A DNA stretch of 63,569 nucleotides, the filler included, from Folioceros fuciformis (taxonomy: Eukaryota), in NCBI GenBank assembly GCA_049999805.1. It is 10 parts of 10 records of this genome, joined end to end, with 100 filler letters (N's around TTAATTAATTAA, not from the genome) between each part and the next. Parts side by side here need not be neighbours in the genome. Positions count along the whole stretch, not along the records: positions 10,829 to 15,219 come from JBNGIO010003369.1; positions 15,320 to 20,690 come from JBNGIO010003370.1; positions 20,791 to 27,381 come from JBNGIO010003371.1; 7 more parts are not named here. One strand, given 5' to 3'. Both the position numbers and the translations under genes were made by a program. Positions 11,386 through 22,192 of this stretch are shown here, one piece after another. The notes beneath the pieces are model-generated. The model searched no databases, had not been told where the DNA came from, and saw nothing but the letters and a program-made list of their open reading frames with translations. Numbering within the stretch: the first letter of the stretch is position 1; every line of letters begins with the position of its first letter.

Positions 11386-13096
11386 TTGAGGCAAGTGCAG
11401 ACAGTGGAATTCCCAATAATACAGGGTGATATCACGCAACATAGGTGCCAGATTAAGTCTATCCAGAAGCAGTTGCCAACATTTGTTCTCAAGCTTCATC
11501 TCCCTCAACTTCACTTGAATCTACAGAAACATCACCAAGAACAAATGGATTGCCTTCAAAACGACTTGTCCACAACTTATATGCCCAAGACGGACATCCC
11601 AAAATTGTGGGAGGGCATTATGCACTCTGTGAAGAAGGAGTTGTTGGCTGAGTGTATGCTCAACAAGGATGTCCTCATGTTACGGGATGATACCATGCAA
11701 AGAGCCTCCACCTCTGTGGATGCCAAATGTGCAACTTTGAAGCAATTTGTGTGCGAAGAACTCAAGACAATGACTAGCAAATTGGCGGTCTTAGAGCTTC
11801 AAGTTGCAGATCACATCTCCACGACAAAAGTGATTATGCAACAGGAGGTCAGCAAGTTCATTAAGGAACAAGTCCAGCCCTCAACTCCGCCTAACATATC
11901 TAATTCTCAAGAATTGCTTGCCTCGCCTTCTGATACAGTTAATGCAACTGTCATGGAATCCCAAAAGCGATTGAGGTGCTCACTTAACCTTCGAATAATA
12001 GGCTTGCAAGGTTCAGGAACTCCACGACTGGTTGTATCTGACTTCCTTGCCACAAAGCTTCATCTCCCTGGGGTTCCTTTTCAGAATGCTTGGTTAGTTG
12101 GAAGGATCCAGATCGCCTCTTGGTTTTTCTAATTCATTTCCACTCTGTTCAAGATAGGCTCCATGTGTTAAAGGCTTGTTACAAGCCTTTAACACATGGA
12201 GCCTATCTTGAACAGAGTTACCGAGCATGGGTTAGACACCTTCCCACTTTTCCCAATTTTCTTTCTACTTCTTTATTTAGGGAATATGTTTCACCAAACA
12301 TGCCTAAAACTGCATGTGGTGTGGCTTGTTTCTTTCGGTCCTCTCTCTCAAATTTTGTAACTGTGGCAAAGAAAGACCCCTTTGCGAGAGTTTTGTGGAT
12401 CAAGGTTTCTGCATCGATTCTTCCTTCTAACCGTCATCTATTCATTGCTTGCTGTTATTTTCCACCTCAAGGTTCTCTTTATGCTAGAGGCCAGCCTCTT
12501 CTGACATTTCAAGACCTCTCTGATGACTTGATGCATTTCATGCCTTTGGGTGATATCCTTTTGGTTGGAGATTCCAATGCGTGGACTTCATCCGCGCAGT
12601 CCCCTGTTTATGCACTAGATGATCAACAATAAATATTCCCGCTTGATCTAGTTGATCTTGCCTTCCAGAGAAGGACAGAGGATCCACACCAAGTCAATAT
12701 CTTTGGCAAGGCGCTTCTCAACCTTGTGGAGTCACATGGCCTACTCATCTACAATGGCCTTCCTCAATGGCACGGGAGTGAGAGAATTACGCATTGTGCA
12801 CCTTCAGGTCAACTTTCTGCTATCCTTGACTATGTCATTGGGCAACCCTCCTTTGTTTCTTCTATTCGTCAATTTTCTGTTTTTGACGTCAAGCCTTTTG
12901 AGTCTTACCATGCCTTCCTTTCTTGGCATATCCTTTTTGATAGACTTGACCCCATGCTTCAGTCCTATAAGTCTTCTAGAATTTGCTTTTCCCTTCACCA
13001 TGGCCTAGCTCCCCAATACTCCTCCTTTTTGAAAAAGTCAATTGTCGCCATCCCTCCTAACCTTCCGTTTCCCCAACAGGCCAAGGCTTTCACTTC
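11386..13096 (+). mobile_element. Decayed LINE: ORF1-like coiled coil/RRM region plus APE-type endonuclease fragments
   Basis: NLRIIGL...DFLATKLHL (ORF1 RRM-like), then VLWIKV, FIACCYFPP, ILLVGDSNA, LLIYNG, ILDYVI and SYH (endonuclease motifs) across frameshifts. Cut off at the Copia LTR. Confidence 0.8.
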
Positions 13097-15219
13097 AGTT
13101 GGAAGACTACATGCGGAAGCGTGTCTTCAATACAAAAGATAAATTTAGAATGATCAAAAATACAAACAGTTGTCTTTTTATAGGTTTCACCCCAAAGGGT
13201 GTGACCTTTCGCTAGCCTAGCTAACTAACCTAACTCTTAGGTAGATAAGCTAACATAACCTATGGTTAAATAACTCTAGTGGACTGGTACTCCTTCTAAC
13301 TCTCCCTCTCAGTCACGTAGAGGTTATGAGAGCTCTACTAGAGATCAGTGCTTAGCAAGTTTGTACTCTAGAGCTATCTACTTTAGCTCGGCTGTCAGAT
13401 CTTCCAGTCGCTGACACTGTCAAGAAGTCTGTCGATGGCGACAACCTCTACAGTAGCGCACCGGTCATGACCAGAGTAGAAGTAATACTCCAGGTACAGC
13501 TGCCCTTGCACTAGATGGAGCAAGAAGGAATATCATTACCACGTCTTCAAATTCTCTTGAGTTACATAACCACTACAATCTACAAGACCAAGTCCTTCCC
13601 TATGAAAACAGTGTCGAAACTTAGGAAGTGACTTTGTCAGAACATCAGCTACATTAAGGTCTGTAGACACATACTGAATCTTCACTAAACCTCGCTCAGC
13701 AGCATCCCTCACATAATGATGTTGGATCTCGATGTGCTTAGTGCGAGCATGGAAAACAAGATTAGCCACCATAGCAATGGCTGACATATTATCACAGTTG
13801 AGGATGGTAGGGCCCTTTTGGAGCATTCCCAGATCCTCACATAGTTTCCTTTTCCACTCAGCTTCCTTTGTGGCTTCTGTCAATGCCTTATACTCTGATT
13901 CTGTAGAAGACAGAGAGATGGAGGCTTGTTTCCTGCAAGACCAGTTAATTACTGTGGAACCAGCCAGAAAACAATAAGCAGAAAGGCTTTTGCGGGTATC
14001 AGCATCAGAAGCCCAATCTGCATCTACATAACAGCTGAGCTGCAAATGCTTCTTCCCGCTAGGTTTGTAGCAGAGACCAAAGTTAGGAGTGCCCTTAAGG
14101 TATCGCATTATCCTTTTAACTGCAACCCAGTGGTCTCTACTTGGATTCTCAGAGAATTGCGCAACTGCATTCACAGTGTTAGATATGTCTGGTCTCGTCC
14201 AGTTGCTAAGGAACATGAGAGTGCCCACTGCCATTCTGTAAGGCACACTTTCCATTTCCTTATCCTCTTCAGACTGAGAACATGACGACGAGGACAGCTT
14301 AATACCAACAGCACCTGGAGTCGCAGCTGCACGAGCATTCTTCAAATTAATTTTCTTCAGCATGCCTGCTACATATCTCCCTTGATGAAGATACATTGCT
14401 CCTGTGGATCTATCTTTATGTATGTGCATTCCTAATATATACTTAACTTGACCAAGATCTTTCATCTCAAATTCTTTACTGAGATCAGTCTTGATCTGGT
14501 TAACCAGCTCTACATTATTACCAAGAATGACTAAGTCATCCACATACAAAGCTATTAACACAAGCGAACTATCTTTTCGCAGTACATAAAGATTAGTGTC
14601 AGCTTCACTTTGCACAAAGCCAATCTTCTTGAGATATGTATCAATCCGCTTGTACCAAAGACGTGGGCTTTGTTTAAGCCCGTATATGGAACGTAGAAGT
14701 TTACACACCTTATGAGGATATTTCTTATCTTCGTAATCCTCAGGCTGATCCATATAGATTTCTTCTTCTAAATGACCATACAGAAAGGCTGTGCAAACAT
14801 CTAATTGGTAGATGGTAAGGTTAAGTTCTGCACACAGGGCCAGTAGCATCCTTATAGACGCGGCTTTGACTACAGGTGAATAAACCTGGTCACCCTGATA
14901 GTCGACTCCCTCTCGTTGACTATAACCCTTAGCGACCAACCTTGCTTTGTGTCTTATGCGGGGCTCTACCTCTTGAAACTTGGTTTTCAACACCCACTTA
15001 CATTTGACAGTAGTCCTTCCTGGAGGAAGATCCACTAACTGCCAAGTATTATTTTTAACTAAGGAATTGTACTCATCGTCAACAGCTAACCTCCACTTGT
15101 CAGCATCCGGCCTAGAGTAGGCTTCTCGGAGAGTTAGCGGATCTCCCTCTGAAAGAGCAGAGGATACCGCTAGAGAATACATAGTGGGATCAACACCAAT
15201 ATATCCAGCTTGATTAAAC
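13097..15219 (-). mobile_element. Ty1/Copia retrotransposon 3' half: RT-RNase H ORF (13536-15182), PPT and 3' LTR (13097-13301)
   Basis: KARLVAKGY, QLDVCTAFL, IYGLKQSPR, LYVDDL, YVDADWA and RTKHIEI in one open 548-aa frame. PPT GAGAGGGAG on minus at 13302-13310 abuts a 205-bp segment with inverted ends. Confidence 0.95.
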
Positions 15220-15319
15220 NNNNNNNNNNNNNNNNNNNNNNNNNNNNNNNNNNNNNNNNNNNNTTAATTAATTAANNNNNNNNNNNNNNNNNNNNNNNNN
15301 NNNNNNNNNNNNNNNNNNN

Positions 15320-18300
15320 TATTCTAGCTAATAAGATTAGAATTAGTAAATTAGATATAATAGCTCTATATTATCTTATAGTAAGTAAGCTCTAAGAGAA
15401 GAGAATTAGAATAAGAGAACTAGTTTTCTTTTTTTAAACTTTCTCTCTCTATCTCTTTTAATATCTATTTTAGCTATAAACTATACTAACTCTATATTAT
15501 AGGTAATTAATAAATATAAGTAAGAGCTTTAGTAACTCTATAATAAAGGTAATATTAAAGTATTTAAAGTATATTCTCTACTAAAGCTACTTTTTATTAA
15601 TATATAGCTTTACCTTATATACTAGTTTACTTATATATTTATTAAGTTCTCTAGTATATTTAATATATTTATCTATAGCTCGAGTATAAAAAGTAACTCT
15701 TTAGATATTAGCTATATTACTAAGTTACTTACTTATAATTACCTTCTCTTTAATTATACTAATAAACTAAACTATTAGGCTATTATTATTAAATTCTATT
15801 AGGTAATAGTAACTTAATATAGACTTAACTAGACTAAGAATTTCTAGTATAATATATATAATATACTATATAATAAAGTATATAATAATTAGTTTAAAGC
15901 TATTTAGTTTCTAAATAACTTTAAGTAGTAAGCTTTCTTTAATCTAGATAAACTTTTTAATAAAAACTATCTAGATAAAGTATAGNNNNNNNNNNNNNNN
16001 NNNNNNNNNNNNNNNNNNNNNNNNNNNNNNNNNNNNNNNNNNNNNNNNNNNNNNNNNNNNNNNNNNNNNNNNNNNNNNNNNNNNNCTCTAAAGATATATT
16101 TTATTACTAGAGAAAGACTTTAAATTTAGAGAAGAAGAGAAAACTTTTAAATAAAAAGAACTATTTCTATATTCTAACTTTCTTTTCTTTCTTTCTACCT
16201 TTATTACTACTTATATCTTTTAGATATTATCTAGTTTTTATTTTCTAATCTCTTCTCTTCTTCTCTTCTCTAATATATATTATTACTATTAGCTATATTT
16301 TCTAACTAATTTATCTAGGTATTAACTTATACTTATTCTATACTATTTATTAGTTTAATTATAAATAGATAATTATTATTATAGCTACGCCTATACTATA
16401 CTTATTCTATAACTTTACTAGTATTCTCTTCTTTATCTACTTACTATTTAATAATAACGTTACTTAGTCTTATATTAAGTAATAATATAGTAATTTACTT
16501 AAAAACTAGAAAAGCTATAATTTTCTACTTAATCTATATAAGCTAGATTATAATAGAAATCTAGTATAATCTAAGAAAGAATAATTTATATATACTATAA
16601 GTACTTTTAAATACTATAGATACTTATCTATAATAAATATAGACTAATATAGTCTAATTCTTACTTACTTTTAAATAAAGTTTATAATTTAACGTAACTA
16701 TAATTCTAACTATATTATTAGTTCTATTAGTAAATTCTATACTATTAGGTCTTCTATATTAAAGGTTTATAAGGTAAATATTATAATAGAGAATAATTAT
16801 AGCTAGTAGAATATCTATAATAATATAGTTACTAAGTATACTTTAAAGAACTCTATTATAAATAGTACTAGTAATACTAGGTTTTTAAATAGTTATAGCT
16901 TCTATATCTTAAATCTTAGAGCTATTAGTCCTATACTCTACTTTACTAGAGATATCTATACTACTAAGGTTAATATTCTTCTAAATACTATATAGTATTT
17001 ATATAATAGTCTTTATTATAGTTCTAGATATAGCTTAGCTAATAAAGAGTCTAGCTTAGCTAGTAGTATAGACTTAAATAATAAAGAAGATAACTATACT
17101 ACTAAAGAAGAATAGAAGTATTAGAAAAAGAAGTTACTTAAGTTACTTCTATACTATACTTATTTTAGAAAATAAGAATATAAGAAATAGCTATATAAGC
17201 TAATAGAAAATATCTAAAAAAACTTCTCTCTTATTTACTTAGCTACTTATAAGAAGATTTTCTAGAATAAGATAGTTTTTAATCTTAGTACTATTAAGCT
17301 AGTCTATATATTTATCTTATTCTCTAAGCGGATTTAAGCTATATTCGCTTTAATTACTAATTAAGTAGATAGCTATAATAAAAAGATATTAGTATTTATA
17401 TAGAATCTATAGAAATAGTAGCTTTATATTATTCTTCTTTACCTATTAAACTATAATACTAATACTATATTAGCTACTATAAAATTAATAGAGAAAGATA
17501 AGGCTATTACTAAGTTTTAGAAGCTTCTAAAGTACTAAATTTAACTTAGATATTATAACTAGTTAAAGATAAATTTAGAGATATTAGTTTTATCTTACTA
17601 TATAAACTTTAGTTTAAATCTCTATATAATATATTATAATATTTACGTACTATCTTCTCTACTATTATACTTTATCTAGGTTTAGTCTATTAGATAGATT
17701 ACCTAGTTTAGATAGGCCTTTAACTATCTAGTAATTATATATATTATTAAGCGAATATTTAATATAGTATAATATAGCTTTCTAGCTAGTAATATATTAT
17801 TTATAATTATAGTACTAACTTATAATATTAAGATACTAGACCTAAATACTATAGATATAGTAGATTTACTATTTATCTTATTTATAGAGCTTACTTATTT
17901 CTATAGCTATAAAAATACTTTTATTAATAACTATAGCCTAAGCTACTTTAAGATAGATATAGTAGAGCTTATTATCTATAATCTCTTTATTAATAATAAG
18001 TTTATTTTTATTCTTAATATTATTCTTAGTTTATTTAAGTTTATTACTAAGAAAACTATAAGTATAAATTTCTACTAAGTTTTAAAAGTATAGCTATTAT
18101 AGACTAGATTTAAAGTAGTAGTTATTTTACTTAGTATACTTAAGAAAAGTAGTATAAGTAAGATAGACTCTAGTATATTAATATCTAGCTTATATATAAT
18201 ACTATTAGGTTATTAGAGAAAGAAACCTATATTATAGAATACTACTTTAGATAGTAGTTTACTAGCTAGCTTATTCTTATTTATAAGTTCTATAGTTTCT

Positions 18301-20690
18301 AATATTAGTAATAATTTTATTAAGAAGTATAAGTTAAAAGCTTTAGATAAAGTAGATAATAATATTAAGAGTAAAGATAATAATAGTAGTAAGAAGAAGA
18401 AAAAATAGAAGTAGAACTAGAAAATAAGTAGAGAATATTAGTAGAAGAATCTTTCTAGAGAACGTAAGTCTAGCTATATTAAATAGTAAGAGAAGAAAAA
18501 AAATATAGATATATCTAAAGCTATAGATAATAAGAGAGCTTAATTTCTAGATATATCTTTAGAAACTTATATAAGTATATAGAATAGAAAAGTAGTTAAA
18601 TAAAAAGAATCTATTTCTATTTATTAAAGCCTTCTCTTTTTTCTCTATTATACTATATAAGTTAGAATTAAAGTAGACTAGAGAATAAAATAGATTATAG
18701 CTATAGCTATATAGCTTAGGATATAAAATTATATTATAAGTATATTATAAAACTATTCTTATTTCTTCTATATTATATATAACTTAATATAAATATTTTA
18801 TATCTTAAGTTTTATTTATATAGATATATATACTTTATATATTACTAGTTTAGTATTTATACTCTACTTTTATAATTATAGTTTATAGTCTTAGAAGATA
18901 AATATTTTCTAAAACTTCTAAATTTAAAGTAGAGTAAATTATAGTATAAAGTATAAGAATATACTTTATAACTATTAATTAGATTATAGTATTTTAATAT
19001 ACTTTTATTTTATATAGTCTAAAAGATATATATTATTACTATTTAATATATATTAAAATTATAATATTATTAAAGTTTTACTATAAGTAGAGTAATATTT
19101 CTTTAAGACCTAAAAGTTACTAATATATTAAAATATTATATTCTCTTCTATTAAAAATTACCTAGTATATTAAGTAAATAAGAAAGAGAAAAGAAGTTTT
19201 AAGATAAGAAAACTATTACTATATCTAAACTTCTCTTTTTCTTTTTCTAGTCTTTTCTTTTCTTCTAATAGTTTATAAAAGAGTAGCTATATTATTAATA
19301 AATAAAGTTTATATTATAAGTAAAAGTAGCTACTTTTTATAGTAGTAAATAAGTAATAAACTATAGTAGTACTTCTTTACTTTACTTTCTAATTATAGAG
19401 AAGACCTATATAGATAACTATATTCTTCTCTACTAAGTTAACTAGAATATCTTATAATAACTAATATAGAGACTTTTAATTTTTATCTTATAGCTATTTT
19501 ATAAGCTAATATATAAACTATAGATACTATATTTAATATTAAAATTAAAGAGTATTTATCTTTATACTATATACTTTTACTTCTATATTATTAAGAATAT
19601 AAAAGTATAATATAATAAGAGCTAGCTTATTAAGAGTATTAGTATACTTTTATTACTATCTAGTACTAGTCTAACTTAGTAGATAGACTTTAAGATAGAT
19701 ATTAGAGTATTTCTTCTTATATATTTCTTTCTAAGAAAGGTAAGATTTACTAATAAATATATAATTAATATATTTAGATATTATATTTAAAAATTATATA
19801 GTTACTTTCTAAGTTATAAGTATATATCTTTATAGATATCTATTCTAACTAGCTATTATTCTATATTAATATAGTAGTATAGAAGTAGAATATATATTTT
19901 ATTTTTAAGTTCTTTATACTAGATAATAAGTTATACTTAAATAGAGAGTAGATAGTAGTAGAGTATCTACTAAAAATTATAGAGTAGTCTTACTATAAAG
20001 AATAAGACCTAAAGTATATATAGCTAAATATATATTATATAATAGGTCTAGATATATACTAGGTATTTATATCTATATAGTACTATATTACTAAGTTTAT
20101 ATTATATCTTAATCTAGAGAATATAACTAACTTATTATTTCTAGATAAAGATTATTAAAGTATATTAAATAAGATAAAAAGTCTATAAAAAGTAGTATAA
20201 TATATAATATTTATCTATAAGTAAGAGTAACTATATTATATACTATTTTTAATATAGGTATTTAGAAGCGTAGTTAGAACTATATAGGTAGAGTTATTCT
20301 AGTAGTTAAGAGAAGTTATAGAGCTAGTATAGCTATACTAGGTTAGATTAATATTAACTATCTTCGTATATAATATACTATAGAAGTTAAGTAGAAAGTA
20401 TATTCTAGTACCTAAAGAGCTAAAGAAGAGTATTACTAAAGTACTATAATTAGAGTAGTATACTAACTATAGAGATACGTAGATAAAGTATATATAGCTC
20501 TAGATAGAATATATATCGTAGTATAATATATCGTTTAATATTAACTAAGACCTTAAGACTATATAGTAAGAGATTATTATAGATAAGGTAGTAGTAATAA
20601 TAGATTACTTATAGAGTAGATTCTTATATAAATTTACAATAAATAAAAGTCCTATTCTTTACTATAGCTAGTAAAATAGTAGTATATATA
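15320..20690. other. RIP-mutated AT-rich contig, probably of ascomycete fungal origin
   Basis: By eye, no TG and only one CA (20637) in ~5.2 kb. CG and CC are rare, C survives mainly as CpT (G as ApG), TA is everywhere, and the ORF track is empty here. Confidence 0.9.
15321..17790 (+). pseudogene. RIP-inactivated SNF2-family (SF2) helicase/ATPase gene with introns
   Basis: Reversing transitions gives ordered motifs: ILADExGIGK (att cta gct aat aag att aga att agt aaa, 15321-15350), LDEAQ (cta gat aaa gta tag, 15971-15985), TATP (ata gct acg cct, 16381-16392), KILVF (17383-17397), GLNL (agt tta aat ctc, 17611-17622), QSIGRITRFGQ (17683-17715). The 3' end is approximate. Confidence 0.8.
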
Positions 20691-21344
20691 NNNNNNNNNN
20701 NNNNNNNNNNNNNNNNNNNNNNNNNNNNNNNNNNTTAATTAATTAANNNNNNNNNNNNNNNNNNNNNNNNNNNNNNNNNNNNNNNNNNNNGGGGGTCCCG
20801 TCCCCGCACTTCCACGGCCGATAGCCGGGAACCGGTAACGAAGCGCTTGGGGCCCGATTCGGCTGCGTTTTCTCGTATCTCGCATCATCGACTCCAGCAA
20901 GACGTCCATTTGATTCCCGTTTCAGGAAACGGGTACCCGGAAATAAAGGCAGCTTTCTCCCGCCAGACGCGAGATGAGATGCTCACACCATGCTCAGTCT
21001 CCGGAGTCACCCCAAAGGTGTTGCTCCGTCGATTCAATGTACCGGAGACCTTTCAAGGCCAGGCTATGGCATGCCAAAGCGGACGCATCCTACGACCCAT
21101 TCAAGCTAACAGTATTACAAACCATCACAAAAGTGTTAGAATTTTTACACAAGAGCGCTCACATTGAAGCTTACTCTTCAAGATTCCTAGTAACGGACGG
21201 AGTCGGCAACGGGAATTCGTAAGATGGAGGGACTGAGGGCGCCGGGCAGGGGCTAGCTCGGTGGCTCGATGGAGGCGATGAGCTTCCCATGGGGACTCAA
21301 CAGTTTGCACATGGGCGGCAGTGGTCGGTTTGTGTGCTAATAAA

Positions 21345-21654
21345 CAGAAGGTGCGGGGGGAAAACGCGGTGGTGAAGGAAGCTAATCCTCCNNNNNNNNN
21401 NNNNNNNNNNNNNNNNNNNNNNNNNNNNNNNNNNNNNNNNNNNNNNNNNNNNNNNNNNNNNNNNNNNNNNNNNNNNNNNNNNNNNNNNNNNCAGAAGGTG
21501 CGGGGGGAAAACGCGGTGGTGAAGGAAGCTAATCCTCCTGATGCGGGCCGGACAAAAGCCGAGACAGACCCAGAAGGTGCGGGGGGAAAACGCGGTGGTG
21601 AAGGAAGCTAATCCTCCTGATGCGGGCCGGACAAAAGCCGAGACAGACCCAGAC
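21345..21654. repeat. 79-bp GC-rich tandem repeat spanning a gap
   Basis: Unit CAGAAGGTGCGGGGGGAAAACGCGG...GAGACAGACC at 21492 and 21571, with a partial copy at 21345. A separate 31-bp duplication lies at 21921/21952. Confidence 0.9.
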
Positions 21655-22192
21655 TCGCAAGTACGGACACCTGAGGTGGATTTTGCACGAGAACAAGTAC
21701 ATTACACCAGCTGCATTCAGGACAGGAGAGGATCTTTGCCATCTTATCGTCCGGAGGGGTTCTAACGAGTAAAGACGATAAGGAGGTAGAGTTCTTCAGT
21801 GGTGTCTACTAGAAGGAGAGGCAGTATTATACTGAAGTCCGTCTAAAACATGTCGATGGGCCAACCATGCCGCTTATCCCCGAGTGGAGGTGGACTTTGG
21901 ATGTGCCTTGGACGAAGGTCAGGATGGGGACTCCAGAGGCGACGGGGGGTGAGGATGGGGACTCCAGAGGCGACGGGGGGTGATTCTGTTAGGCTCACAG
22001 GAGGTTACGACAGGAAAGGTGCACTGGCCATTCGTTAGTCTGAAAGACTTCAAAGAGGGTCCCGTGAGCCTAAAAATATTGATCAGCTGGTGCGATCCAA
22101 GTTCAAGTCTGGGGCTAGGATGACCAAATCATCTGCTGTTCAGAATCTCTCAAGCAAACCCCGTTAAATGGGTATTGACACACTGAAAGACT

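Noticed and set aside
15320-20690. Simple AT-rich, organellar or bisulfite-converted DNA as the explanation
   Set aside because: Ordinary AT-rich stretches here (e.g. 37040-37700, 56000-56660) keep CA/TG. The loss is context-specific and affects both strands, unlike single-strand conversion.
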